From positions 74,216,001-74,280,000 of the forward strand of contig CM052817.1 in the NCBI GenBank assembly GCA_028534125.1: DNA of 64,000 nt. The letters run 5' to 3'. The translations under genes were made by a program, and so were the position numbers. The stretch is from Lama glama. Lineage: Eukaryota. The first letter of the stretch is position 1. Each line of letters begins with the position of its first letter. Shown here piece after piece: positions 12,301 to 26,839 of the stretch. The notes beneath the pieces are model-generated. The model made no database searches. It was not told the origin of the DNA and was given only the letters and a program-made list of their open reading frames with translations.

Positions 12301-14279
12301 GGGTATCGATCCAAGCGCACAACTCCTACGGTAAGAGATCGAATGTTTCTTTGATGCATGTCTTTTTGGATTAATTCTGAAATGTGTTCTGCATAATAAA
12401 TACTTCCTAGCTCACACTCTGAAATCTAAATCCTGTGGAATTGCCAGAAAGTTTTGTTTATAGTAACTTTAACTTCTAGTAGCTTCTTTATAGTAGTTTT
12501 AATTTCTAAGACCTGTTTGAAACTTTAGATATTAATGAACTTACAAAAAAATTGACTCCATTAAATATAAATATATTATATACTTTTCTATATCTAAATA
12601 GATTTGTAAATATATAAGTACATTATACACATCTGTTTTATTATCTGTTGTATCATACATATTTTAAGTGGAATATGTGTATAACACATACACATTTTAG
12701 ATTTTCCCACCTCATCCTTTGCAATACATTAAAAAAAATACTAACACAAACCATGAATAATGCCATTAAATCTCCTATTTCTACACTAACTGTCTCAATG
12801 GAAGCTGTAATAAGCTTAAAAGAAAATAATACTGATGAATTCGCAGTCTATACAAAAGCTAAAATATCTATGTGTATAGGTAGGAACATACTTCTACTTA
12901 AGAGTTCTTGCCCGTTTGAACTAAAAGACAAATATGGAGGAGTAAAGTTTGGCCTCTTGGGAGCTGCAAAACTAAACTGAAATAATAATATTGATTTACA
13001 ACAAAATGGTTATTCCCCAAAGATTCATATCAGCATGGAACTAGCCTTTTTGTTGACCTATGAAAATTAATGATCTAGGCCTTTATTTCTAATGTCTATC
13101 CCAGTGACATGGATCCAGTCAGCTTACTGGAAGCTTATCACTGGGCCTTCACTCACTCTCCACTATGTCATCTCCTTAGTGTAGATGTACTTCATTCTAT
13201 GCATATAAAGAATACCTGAATAGTAAATATTTTTCAGGGTGAAGAGATTGTGTGATTTCTAATTTGTCTCCAACTTGCAACTTTTAAAAATAACACTAAC
13301 ATTTTCATTAAATATACTTCTCCCTCATTTTATTTTCCCAGTTAAAAAGATGTGTTCATTCATCTCCTAAGTATAGCATATACTTCCTAGGTGACAGATT
13401 TGAGACATCACATGAAGGACACTGTCAACCCCCACTCTACTAAAGGAAGTCTTAACTTCTACTTTTGGAAACCCATTATTTTGGTCTAAGTCTTTGAACT
13501 TCCCCAAAATGCAAGTATCATTTGGAAAGGAAACTCATTATTCATCCTCAGACATTTATACTTCACTTCATGTAAATTTATCATCTCATGGCAGTAAACT
13601 TCCATAGGAGAGGATATAGGCACCAATTCTTGAGGTACAGAGGCAAGCCTGAAGGAAACCTGGGGTAGTCAGCAGTTAAATCTGACCTACTGAAAATGTG
13701 CCCAAGAACAACCCAGGAGGACTACGGTTGTTAGCAGTTATTTTAAATTACTCGTTATCTTTAGAGTTAGGTTCAAGTTCATAGAGTTATAGAGTTTTAA
13801 AGCTGATAAGAGAAATAGTGTTTCCCAAGCTGGATGCTAAACTAGATACTGTGCAACATACATTCCTATTTAAAAACTTTACTCCTGACTCACTTAAATA
13901 TGATTGCCAGCAAAAGCTATACATCGTTACCTCAAATTAGACAATTTGAACGTTTCAGCATGCATTCAAACATCATCAAGGCATTAGCTATCTTTACAGT
14001 TATTGCAAAAGGCTTCCCTTTGATGTTTCTCTAATCTAAATCTGCAAAAACTCAAATTTCTGTGAATACTTTTTAATTTTTAATTTTTAATTCTGTAATA
14101 GTATAATTATATAGAAAATTTTTAAATTTACACATCACCACGTTTAAACCAATATTAACATTTTGCCATATTTGCTTCCAATTTATTTTCTTACCAAAAA
14201 AAAAAAAGAAATTTGTGTGTTTAGGAAATATCTCTCAGTTAATCTTTATGGAGTACTATCATCCGAGATGCTACAGATT

Positions 14280-14470
14280 GTTTCCACGATCAAGCGGGTT
14301 TGGGAAATGCCATGAACTGTATGCCTCCTTCTTAGGAATTCACAATAATGTCATTACATACTGGCTCTGAGATTTCCTGTACTAAGAAAATATATATTTG
14401 ATTGTTTAACAGAAGTTTCCCTCAGCTTTTATCAATCAAAACACAAATTTGAAGAGCCAAATACCATTCT
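14280..14470. mobile_element. hAT-Charlie remnant (MER103-like)
   Basis: tttgggaaatgc...cttcttaggaattcacaat...ggctctgagatttcctgtactaagaaaa...tgtttaac...gtttccc. Confidence 0.5.
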
Positions 14471-17374
14471 ATTATATACCACAAGAAATGGTTTGTTGTT
14501 TGATTGACCCTGTCTTGTCATTTGATAAATCATGAACAAATCTTAAGAACTCATCTCTAGGTCAAAATCTTTCCTTTAATGTACTTAATAAAATGACTGC
14601 ATAAAAGTAAAGATGTCAGCAACGTGTACCAGTAAAATAAGGAAAGACACTTAGTAAAGAACAAAATGTTTAGTTTCATGTGTTCCTAAAACTGAATCCC
14701 TACAAATCCATATTTGGTACCATTTAGGGATATTTTGTAAACCAAAAGAAAAACAACCCAATGATACTGCTATGAACACATAAAAGTGAACAGGAGAACA
14801 GAGTTCTTAAAACTCCCATTATTTTCATTTAGTTTCCAGAATTAAAAGTTTGAATGGATTCCTGGAAAAGATTAATTTTTCCAACCTGTTTCATCCTTTC
14901 CTAACTTTTAAAAGTGATCAAGTCCAAATAAATCTTCTAGCATTTTGCTGAATAAACCAGTGGGATGTATCTTCCTTGTTTCTTTCAGAATGGCATTCAC
15001 TATTATAAATTAAGAGGGAAAGGTAGATGTCTCTGAAAGCAATAAATTTAAATTTGTAGGTAGTTTATATTTTCCAGAATTGTCTATCTTTCCTTTCAAG
15101 ATCAATTAGAAATAGCATCAATATCCAAAGAAAATGCTTATAAAAACAACGTAAAACAAACAAAAATCTCTTTGTTAACAGAAAAATTATCTTTGCTGGT
15201 TTCTACCCAAAATGAGTTTTAAAAATATAGATGATAGAATAAATGGTTTTTAAAAATTTATAGAAACTTCTTAGAGAATCTATTATAATGAGTTTTATGA
15301 GTGAGCTCATAATTAAATTCTCAAAAAGATGCAGGGACTTCGTACCATTTGAAAGTTGTCTTGTACATCTCTCTCTTAACTGTACTTTTATTATGAGCAT
15401 AAGCAAAAAAAAAATAACTAATCTTTATCTCCAAAAGTGAGTGATGTGATAAAGTTAAATGCTTTTTTTGTGAATACAACTTAAAATGATTCTACTAACT
15501 CTCTATGTTCTAGTTTTAAATTATGAAGGCAGGAGAGGGGAGGATTTAATTGGCATTCCCTAAAATCTTTGATTATTGGATAGAGAACTGTCCATATGCT
15601 CAATTATCTTTTATTTCCCTTTGAATAATCCCAGTTTATTAATTACACCTTAAAGTTATAGCTATATAGGTATATCAAGGTTATATAGGTAACCAAAGTT
15701 ATATACAGACCACTGACCTTATATTACAGAACTAAGATGATTACGTCTTAGAGCAGTTATTTATGCTGATAATTCTTAGACCCTTAAATATTATATTCTG
15801 CCCTTGAGCTTCCATTAGCTTTTTTCAAAACAGTCTTCAATAAAATTAAATTTATTAACGGGCATAACTTGGAAAAGATATAATTTTAGCAAATCTATAA
15901 GAATTATTTTTCAATCAAAATGGAAACAAAAGACAGATATAAATACAATTTTAGACAAAAGCACTTAATGACAAATTAAGTTCTTTTTAGAAAGAAAACT
16001 AAATAATACTAAATATTAAGAACAGCCAGTGAAGATCTAAATTAAATAAATAAAACGAATACATAATTTAAGAAAACTATATGCTAACTTTTATCCTCAA
16101 GCAAAAAATGGAGTGATAACAAATACAAGATAAACACAAGCTATTTATAAACAATTAAAATGCTTACATAGCTTCATACATCTGTCATCTTAGAATTTTC
16201 CAGCACATCACATCCATTAAGCCTCCAAGCATCACTTTAAAATTGGATGGAAGGCAACAAGACTCCTGTCAAACTAAATAGGCACAGCTTATAAAATTTT
16301 TGCATGCTCACTCTAAAATTTTAAGGCCCCCTTGAGAGGGATGGGGGAGAAAGAAATCTCTAATATTTTTGTTCTCATTTTTTTTTAATATCTAGTTCAA
16401 ATCCCAAACTTAATCAACACTATGATAGTTTTTCTTTTTATAACAGCTTTGGTCAAAATATTCTTCTATATTTCTTTTGGTTTTAAAATGTCTTTTTGTT
16501 ACCAAAGAAATGTCGAAAGCATCTGCTTTTTCAAACTTTGACATACTTTATTCTATTTTGCACTTAAAATATATGTTTTCCTCCTCGGGGTTTCTAATTT
16601 CCAAAAGATCCACTTTTGAGAAAATTTAGAAGAATGCATTAGAATCAATCCTCATTAATAAACTTAAGATGTGGGATTAAGAATGCATTATATCAAATGA
16701 CAATAAACTAGGTAAGAATTTTGAAGATAGAAAATGAGAGAAAGGGTCTCCAATTGAGTAGCATTAAAGTCTTGTGTAAATCTACATATTTTTTAAAGAT
16801 TAATGGCTAAAAAAGATAAATGCACATCATAATTCTGGAAGGATTCACAGGTAACTACTAACAGATAAACAGTGATTATTTTTACAAAGTGAAAATAGGG
16901 TTTGATGAAAAATAAGTTTTTACTTTATAACTTTAGGCTATTTAATGTTATTCATAAAAATGAATCACTCTTAATATATTTTTAAAATGTGTATATGCCA
17001 ACTCTTTGCTCTGAATCAAATTTACTTTGCCTAGAAAGGAACATGTCTTCCTGACTTTCTAAGCTACTAATGGGAAGTAAAGCACTCTTGCCCTAAATAG
17101 TTCAAAAGTAGCTTCCAGCAGCTACTAATAGGTTTAATCTGCTTATAACAAATTACTTCAAAATTTATTATCAGCAAACATTTCTGGAGTGACTATAAAG
17201 CATTGGATACAGTTTTTGGCACTTGCATTGTCCACAAATTAACTTTTTTATAACGATCTTAAACAAATTCTTGAAAAACTGAAAGGTCATCTCCTTAATA
17301 TCCTTTAATATTTATACACATCTATGTTTTCCCACCTCTAGGGACATTTTTAAATCTACAAAATTAAAAAAAAA

Positions 17375-19330
17375 AGAGGTCACAAGATACCAGGTCAATA
17401 GACAAAAATCAATCATATTTTCATAGGCTAGCAATGAAGATGTGGAAACTGAATTTTTAAAAATATCACTTACAATTGCAAAAAAGAAATGGATTCCCTA
17501 GTAAAAATATAACAAAACATGTACAGGATCTGTATGCTGAAATTACAAAACAATGATGAAAGAAATCACAGATCTAAATAAAGGGAGAGGCATACAATAT
17601 TCACAGATTGGAAAACTCAATAGATGTCATTTCTCCTCAAATTGATCTATAAATTTAATGCTATTCCTATCAAAATCCCAGTAAGATTTTTTTGTAGATA
17701 TAGACAAGATTATTCTAAAATTTATATGGGAATGCAAAGGAACTAGAATAGTTAATAGAATTCTGAAAAAGAAAAATAAAGGGGAGAGTCATTCCAACTG
17801 ATACTACAACTTAGTGTAACCCACACAGTGTGGTATTGGAGAAGAGGCAGACATACAGATCAGTGGAACAGTATAAAGAACCCAGAAATAGATCAACACA
17901 ACATGCTCAACTGATTTTTGACAAAGGTATGAAAGCAACTCAATGGAATGATTGCCTCTCTTCAACAAGTGGTGCTTGAGCAATTAGACACACAAAGGTC
18001 AAAAGAAAAAATGAGCCTCAACCTAAACTTAACACCTTATATTAAAAAATTAACTCAAAATGAAAAACCTTCCAAAAATTAAGGGAACACTTTGAAAACC
18101 TAAGGCTAGACAATAAGTTTTGGACTTGATACCAAAAGCACAATCCAGAAAAGAAAAACTTGATAAACTGGATATCATCAGAAATCAAGACTTTTGTGCT
18201 ATACAAGACCCTGTTAAGAGAATGAAAAAACATGCTACAGAGGCAGGAGAATGTATCTGCCAACCACATACCTAACAAAAGATTAATAATTACAATAAAA
18301 AGAACTCTCAAACTCAAGAGTAAAAACCAAAGAGTCTAATTAGAAAATGGGCAAAAGACATGAACAGACATTTCAGTGAAGAGGAAATACACAGGGCAAA
18401 TCAGCACATAATAAAAGGTGCTTAACATTATTAACCATTAAGGAAAAGCAAATTAAAACCACAATGAGGTATCACTACACACATGAGAATGTCTAAAAGA
18501 TAGCAACAAATGCTGGTGGAATGCAGAGATCACTCATTTGTGACTTGTCAGAATTTAAAACGGCTCAGCCCCTCTGGAAAACAGTCCGGCAGTTTCTTAG
18601 AAACTAAACATGCAATTACCATACACCTAGCAATTATACTCCTGGGCATTTATTCCAGAGAAATGAAAATATATGCCCCCACACAAGCCTATACACAATA
18701 TTCACAGCAGCTTTATTCTTAAGAGTAAAAACTGGTAAACACATGGATGTCCTTCAACAGGGGAGTGGTTAAACAAGCTGTGGCTGATTCATACTGATGA
18801 ATAAAAAAGAAAACATTGATACAAGCAACAAAATGGATGGATCTTAAGGGAATTATGCCAAGTTCAAAAAAAAAAAAAGCCAATCTCAAATGGCTATATA
18901 CTGTATGATTTCATTTACATAACACTCTTCAAATGACAAAACTATAGAGATGAAAAAGATTGGTGGTTGCCAGGGGTTAGGCATGGATGCAGGAATTTTG
19001 CAGAGCAATATTGGTGGTGGTGATTATAAAAGGGCAATAGGAGACATCTTTGCTATTTAGTATAACAGTGATGGTGAATACAACTACCTACATAGGGGAT
19101 AAAATTATAAAATTGCATACTCTTAAACGCATACATGCACAAGTCAATGTAAGACTGGTAAAATAAGATTGGTACATTGTATTAGTGCTAATTTCCTAAT
19201 TATGATATTATTCTAAAGTTTTGCTAGACACTACTATTGGAAGAAATCAGCTAAAGGATACTTGGGATCTCTCAATATTACTTCTTACCACTGCATGTGA
19301 GTCTACAATTATCTCAATTTAATAAAGCAC
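17375..19330 (+). mobile_element. L1M (L1MD-like) fragment: degenerate ORF2 3' part plus 3' UTR
   Basis: Typical L1 ORF2 motifs (ttgatctataaatttaatgctattcctatcaaaatccca; gtgtggtattgg; gaacccagaaataga; aaaatgggcaaaagacatgaacagacatttc; aaaaccacaatgag), ending ctgcatgtgagtctacaattatctcaatttaataaa. Many stops and frameshifts. Confidence 0.85.
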
Positions 19331-19369
19331 AGTTTTCAAAAATAATTGTGACTTTAAAAAAATTCTTTG

Positions 19370-20400
19370 TTTAACCCTTCTGTTCATCAAAACACAGTCA
19401 TGAACATGAACAAGTAATGAACAGACTGGGAAAAAATATCCACATTACATTTATCTAATCAAAGACTTTGATCAAGAACATACAAAGAACTCTGACAAGT
19501 CAAGAGCAAAAAGCAGAACACGCTAATTTAAAATTAAATTAAGAAAAAATGCTTCACCAAAAAAGGGTATACAAATGACCAATAAGTACATGAAAAGATG
19601 TGTAACGCCATTAGGCATCAAAGAAATGAAAAATCAAAACCACAATGAGATACAATTTCACACCCACTAAAATGACATAACTGGTAATACCAAATGTTTA
19701 GGATTGTGGAGCAACTGGACTCTGACACAATGTGATAGGGATGTAAAATGGTACAACAACTTTGGAGAACTACCTCATAATTTCTTACAAAGATACAAAA
19801 ATCCAGGACCCAGAAATTCTACTCTTAGAAATTTACCCAAAAGACATAAATCTACAAAAAAAACTTGCATAAGAATGTTCCTTATAGTTTTGTTTATAAT
19901 GTCCAAAACCTGGAAATAAAAATAGATATAAAGTTATATATAGTTATATATCAATAAGTATCATAGTTAAATAACAAAATAGTACTTTTCAATAAAAGCA
20001 ATAAATTAGTAACTGCAGAAACACAGATGAATCTCAAAAACACTATGTTGAATGAAAAGAGTACTGCATGATTCCACTTATGTAAATTTCTAGAACAGCC
20101 AAAAATAATCTGTGATCCTATTGTTATGAAGTTCTAAAAGAGAAGTAATCTATGGCGATAGCAATCAAAACAGTGGTTGGCTCAGTGGGAGGCAGGGCAC
20201 AGGAAGGCTAGTCTGGGAAATGACACTACGAAACTTTCTATAAGTGATGGCAAAGTTCTATAGCTTCAGAGATCTGAATTACAAAGGTGAACACATTGGC
20301 CATAACTCACTGAACTGTATATTTAATATATGTTCCTTTCACTGTAAACTCAATTTAAATTATAACCCAATGAAAATTTTTAAAAAAAGAAAACCAAAAC
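19370..20400 (+). mobile_element. L1M (L1ME-like) 3' fragment
   Basis: aaaaccacaatgagatacaatttcacacccacta; tgtaaaatggtacaacaactttgg; gacccagaaattctactcttag; 3' UTR ending ctcactgaactgtatatttaa followed by an A-rich tail. Confidence 0.75.
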
Positions 20401-20419
20401 AAATTTTAAATTAAAATAA

Positions 20420-22085
20420 ATGCCCAATCAAAATCCCAGCAAGTTATTTTGTGACTATAAACAAACTAATTCTGACCTTTGTCTGGAAAGGCCAAAGATC
20501 CAGAAGAGCCAACACAATACTGACAGACAAGAACAAGTCAAAGGACTGACACTACTTAACTTCAACACTCACTATAAAGCTACATTAATGAAGAGTTTGG
20601 TATTGTGAAAGAATGGATAAACAGATCAATGGAACAGAATAGACAGCTTAGAAATTGACTCTATAAACAGAATAAACATAATCAACAGATCTTTGATAAA
20701 TACAATGGAGAAAAGATAATCTCTTCAAAAAATGGTGCTGAACAACTGGATATCCACATGCCAAAAAAAATGTAGACACAGATTTTATGCCCTACACAAA
20801 AATTAACTCAAAGTGGATCACAAGTCCAAATATAAAAGTCACAACTAGAAAACTCCTAGAAGATAACGTGAGAAAAGTCTAGATCATCTTGGATATGGCA
20901 ATGACTTTTTAGACACAATACCAAAGGCATGACACATGAAAGCAATAACTATTAAGCTGAACCTCATTAAAGTTAGAACTTTAGTTCTATGAAAGAAACT
21001 GTTATAAGAATGAGAAGATAAGACACAGGCTGAAAGAAAATATTTACAAAAGATACACATGCTTATTATCCAAAATATACCAAGAACTCTTACAATTCAA
21101 CAATAAGAAAATGAACCATCCTATTTTAAAATGTGCCAAAGATCTGAACAGACATCTTACCAAGATACACAGATAGCAAACATGAAAAGATACCTCACAT
21201 CTGATATAATTAGTGAATTGCAAATTAAAACAACAATGAAATACCACCACACACCTATTAGACAGTCAAACCAAACAGTAAATGCTGGTAAGGATGTGAA
21301 GCAACAGGAACTCTCATTCACTGCTGGTGGGAATACAAAATAGTACTGCTGCTTTGGAAGTTAGTTTGGTGGTTTCTCACAAAAATAAGCATACCACTTA
21401 CCATATGATCCAGCAACTGTACTCCTTATTTATCCAAATGAGTTGAAAATACATGTCTACACAAAAACCTGCACACAGATTTTATAGCAACTTTGTTAAT
21501 AATTGCCAAAATTTGGAAGCAATCAAGATGTCCTTCAGTAGGTGAATGGATAAACTATGGTTCATCCAGAGAATGGAATATTATTCAATGCTAGAAAGAA
21601 ATGAACTATCAAGCCATTAAAAGACATGGAGTAAACTTAAATGCATATTGCTAAGTTAAAGAAGCCAATATGAAAAGGCTACATACTACATGATTCCAAC
21701 TTTACACAATCTGCAAAAGGTAAACTACGGAGACAGCACAGAGATCAGTGGTTTCTAGGGTTTGAGGAGAGGAGAAATGAAAAAGTAGAGCACAGAGGAT
21801 TTTTTAGGGCAGTGGAGTTATTCCATATGGTACCATAAAGATGGATACACGTTATTATTCACTTGTCAAAACCCACAGAATATATAACACCAAGAGTGAA
21901 CCCTAATATGAACTATGGACTTTGGGTGACTACAATGCATCAGTGTAGGTTCATTAGTTATAACAGATGTTCCACTCTGGTGTGGGATGTTGACAGTTGA
22001 TGAGGATGTATGTGTAGGGGCAAGAAGTATACAAGAAATCTCTGCACTTATGCTAGAAGCCTAAGACTGCTCTAAAAAAGTAAAG
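20420..22085 (+). mobile_element. L1MC1/2-like fragment: degenerate ORF2 3' part plus 3' UTR
   Basis: ORF2 motifs (aatcaaaatcccagcaag; gatcaatggaacagaatagac; aaaattaactcaaagtggatc) and 3' end aacaccaagagtgaaccctaatatgaactatggactttgggtga...ctaagactgctctaaaaaagtaaag. Confidence 0.85.
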
Positions 22086-24759
22086 TGGATGAATGGATGG
22101 ATGACTTGATAGATGGATAAACATTCATCTTATGAACACAAAGAAAAGTTTTAAAACTAAAAAACTGCCTTATTGGAATAGCATCATACACTATACTCCC
22201 AGAATTTTCTATATTTCCTCACAATTTATATTAATAAAATGAATCCTAACACTTTAAAGAAAATTTTACTCAGTCCTCTGCGTTTTTTCTCAGATATTAA
22301 CATTAGCACATTTTCAGATTAGACACTCCATTCCTTTGTTTCTGACACAGAGAACACAATTTTTTAATGACCAAAATGTTACTTCTTAAGACTTGAATAT
22401 TTTGAACACTTACTGTATTTCAAAGCAATTTTAATAATACATACAAACATATAGGCTCACCACACCTATATATACATACATATATCTTTTTCTTTACTTT
22501 CCATTTGGGGGTGGGGTAATTAGTTGATCAATATTTAATCAGCTAATTTTATATGGTAGAAATGTTGGACAATCATCTTGACAAATTCTTTTTCTCAAAG
22601 GTGTAATAATGTGAAAAGTTGACTACTGCTCATTTTTAAAATGCAATTATTTTAATGCCAAAGCCTAACATGTTAAGCATGCTACGCAGCAATTCATTTA
22701 GAACATCTTCCTCAAAAATACCTAAAGTTACACATTTTCCATAAGCTTGAACCATCACATCTGGCTTTCAGTATATAAATCCTAATGAATTTGATTTTTA
22801 TCTGATTTATTTGTATCGATTTTTCTTAAAGTCTTAATACTTAAAACTACAAAAGTTAAAATTAAACTATGCTTCCTATGCTTAAAATAAGAAAACCTAC
22901 TCAACAGGATAAGTGAGTTCAAATGGAAGGTTGAGTATTTCAATAGGCATGTTTGATTTCATGAAAATATTTGTTTAAAAGATGTTCAGCATCTAGACTT
23001 ATATGTTTTTCCAAGTAAGTCCTCATGAGAGCCTCTGGAAACCATGAACACTTCTGACACTCACTAACTGTTATAGATATAGGAAACATCACCCTGTCAG
23101 CCACCTGAAATTTACCTTAAGGGGGAAAAAAAAAAGGCAGTGTGTGTTGCAAGTGAAATACTCCAACTGTGAAACAGTATTTCAAACCAAACAGGATCTC
23201 TGGGTTCCTAGGTATCTATCTTTCCAACTTAGAACCATGTGATATACATTTATTTAACTTAGACATCATAACAGAATTTGGAAGTAAATATTCTCTGGGT
23301 TTCTTGGCACATGGCCAAAGAAGAGAGGCCTTATTTAATCCTATTGCTTAAATATGCATAAATATATTTAAAGATATAGAAATAAATTCAAAACCCACAG
23401 ACACACATTCATATCTTAGACACAGAAGGGGAAAAAAGACCCAAAAGACTGAATCTAATGAAAATGCATAATGTTAAGCGAAGTATTTGGAATAAAATTC
23501 TATTCATCATAAATATTTAAATCATCTCCTTACTAACCACTTGTTAGCTTAAGCATGAGACAAAAAGCATTAAACTACATTCCCATGCATTCTTTTCTCC
23601 TTTCCAGCCTCCTTATTTCCATCTCTGACTTGTACTGATAGCTAATATCTAGATTGAAACAGTCTCTTATGTCTGTAGAAGGATAACAATTTATACCAAT
23701 TAGCCACATATTCCAAACGATACCATGAGAGGATGGTGTAATTTCTCACATAACGAATATGATAATACCCAACTACAATGTAGGAGTTAAAAGTCAAAAA
23801 CAATACATATATTAATGTTAAGATAATCACAAATGCCATGGGTCCATAAATTAACCACTACCACTGGATACAGAAAAAACTGTATGGCATTTCATTCTTT
23901 TACTTTAGCTATAGTTTCTAGTCAAGGAAAAGAAAAAAAAATCCTTTAAGTAAAATGGACATTGATTACGTACGTATGTACTGTTTACTTGATTAGGACG
24001 TAGGATTCAAAATCAGATTAGTATTTGAGAAAAACAGCACTTTTACAAAGAGTCTGAATACTGAGATCTATGACAGCTTTCTAAAGCAAAAGCCCAAGAG
24101 ATTATACAGGTTGAACACCTGCACCCAGAACTTGTTCTGGATCAAGACGCAGATAAAGAGACAGAAGTTTATTGAAAGTTTACCTTATATCCAGCCATGT
24201 GTTCAGTACTTAACATATATTTTCTGCTCTAATCCTCTCAATAACCCTGTGAGATACACATTATGTTACTCCTCCAATATTATATACTGAAAGGTGATTG
24301 CTCTGAATTACTGTTTATTACCACTGGCATACTCAAATCCCCAAAGCTATTATTTTCATTAGTTTCATTGTATTTATAAGGAAAAAGTATTTCTTCTAGA
24401 CTTAGAGTTACTTTGAGAGATTTTCTGATTGCCTCTATATAAAACTGATTGTCAATATACACTATTTTATGAGAATACTACTTATCACAAACTAGCTTAT
24501 TAGGTAATTGAATTAAACCATGAGAGACCATACTTAGCACAGAACATATATTAGTCAAAAGACTTTTTTTTTTTCAGAAAGCAATGTTTCTTCAGAACCA
24601 AATACACAATGAATTTTTAACTATTCCTCACAATGTAATGAAGAACGGCTCACTCACTTTTATGAGAGAGCCTCTTCTAACATGAAATGTATGTTCTAAG
24701 CATTGGTTTTTAACAGACTTAAAAGAGAAATCCCTATGCTTGCTAGAGCTTAGTGATCA

Positions 24760-26330
24760 TACAGTTTGAGTTATGAAATAAAGGGAGACATAAAATCATG
24801 TATGCAGACTGGAAGATTCAACGTTACTAGGTCCATTCTCACAAAATTAATCTGTAGGTTCAATGCCATTCAAACAAAAATCCTAGCAGGTTTTTTTTAT
24901 AAGAAATTGAAAAGCCATTTCTAAAAATTATATGAAAAGAAGAGAATCTAGGATAGATAAAACTAGTCTGAAAAAGAACAAAATTAGACAACATACACTA
25001 TCTAATTATACTATAAACAAGACATTGTGGTATTGGCATAAAGATAGACAAATGAATCATACTAGTGTCTAGAAACTGACCTGCACATATACAGTCAATT
25101 GACTGGACAAAGGCACTAAAGCAATTCAGTGAGGAAAACAAAGTTTTTTCAACAAAGAAGATGGAACAATGAAATAAACATGAAAAGATGAACCTTGCCC
25201 TTTACCTCATACCATATACAAAAATAAAATTTTAAACAGATGAAAGACTGAATTCTAAGCTAAAATAAATCTTTTAGAAGAAAACACAAGAGAAAATCTT
25301 CGTGATTGTGAAGCAAGCAAAGATTTCTTAGGACACAAAGCAGTAACTATGAAAGACAAAACTGATAAATTGGACTTCCATCAATATTAAACATTCCTGC
25401 TCATCAAAAGACTGTAAGAAAATGAATAGGCAAATTACAATTTGGAAGAAGATATTACAGTACACATAATCCATACCTAGATTTTATAAAGAAACCCTAT
25501 AAATCTGAAAAAAAAAAAAAAACCAAATAATCCAAAAAATTGTAAAGGGCAAAAAATATAAACAAATGGCCAATAAATACATAAAAAGGTACCTAATATC
25601 ATTAATCACTGGAGAAATGCCAAGTAAACCCACAAAATACAACTTCACACTCACTAGAAAGGCTAAAATAAAAACACTGGAATACCAAATGTTGGTATGG
25701 AGGATGTCCAGCAACCGAAATTTTCATAGACTGTTGGTGGGAAAGTAAATGGTACAACCATTCTAGAGAACTGTTTGGCAGCTTCTTAAAAAGGTAAATA
25801 TACATCTTACCTTATAATCCAGCAATTCTAATCCTAAGTATTTACACAAGAGAAATGAAAATATATTCTTGTGCATGAATGCTCACAAGAAGTTTTATTC
25901 ATAAAATAGCAAAGAACGAGAGACAACTGAAATGTCCCTAAACAAGAAAATACACTGATGTATTTATATAATGAATTACTATCCTGTGGGAATAAGAAAG
26001 ATTAAGCAACAAGCAACAGCACAGATGAGTCTCCAAAATGTTATGTTGCGTGAAAGAAGCCAGACACAGAAGACTATATGTAGTGTCATGTTTCATTCAC
26101 ATGAAGTCCAAGAAGAGGCAAAAATTGTATATGGTGTAAGAAGCCAGAAAGTAGTTGTCGAGTTGGGAACTGACCAGAAAGGGACTTAAGAAACATTACA
26201 CAGTGATAGAAATATTCTATTATTTTGTTTGAGGCAGTGGTCAAAATTCATCAAATTATGTACACTTATGATCTGTAGATTTTACTATGTATAACTTGTT
26301 TCTTAAAAGGTATGCTACTTTAAAAAAAAA
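24760..26330 (+). mobile_element. L1M (L1ME-like) fragment
   Basis: gactggaagattcaac; gtggtattggcataaagatagacaaat; cctcataccatatacaaaaataaa; gtaaatggtacaaccattctag; gaaagaagccagacacagaagactatatg; poly-A near 26322. Confidence 0.8.
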
Positions 26331-26349
26331 AGGTTTTAACTATGGTATG

Positions 26350-26585
26350 AGAGAGAACTAGGTTCAAATTTCAATTGTGCCATATCTTCTCTGTATGACC
26401 TTAAGAAAGTTCCTTAATTTCTCATTCTCTTGGGTACCTTATTTTCAATATGCAGATAATAAAAGCACTTACATCCATCATAGGATTATTGTGAAGATTA
26501 AATGAGATAGAGGATTTAAAAGCACTTAATGCAGTGCATGAAATAAGAGTCAGCTCAAAAAAAAACCTGCACTATTATTATTCAT
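26350..26585 (+). mobile_element. MIR SINE
   Basis: ctaggttcaaatttc...ctgtatgaccttaagaaagttccttaatttctc...cataggattattgtgaagattaaatgagata...aaagcacttaatgcagtgc. Confidence 0.8.
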
Positions 26586-26839
26586 TCATTATTAATCAGA
26601 GCTTTCCAAAGAACATGCCTAATACAATCATAGGTAAATGCATACACAATTTTCCACCTAAAACTCTTTTCTTGCCACAGTAAGTTACAACAAAAAGCCT
26701 CTTATGGTATTGCAGTTTTGATTAAAAAAACTGTGATTATTTTAAAATTGCTTTCCAATGGACAATGGAAAAACACAGGATTGAATTTGCAACTATAATG
26801 ACTGTGGATAACAGACAAAACAAAACAAAAACCCCCAAA

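Noticed and set aside
22485..22530. Possible truncated Vic-1 tail (gggggtggggtaattag)
   Set aside because: Match is too short, with no tRNA head or TSD.
17375..26330. ORFs with L1 ORF2-like peptides (e.g. 18510, 19704, 20420, 21131, 25566)
   Set aside because: Fragments of decayed L1 copies; no intact ORF2.
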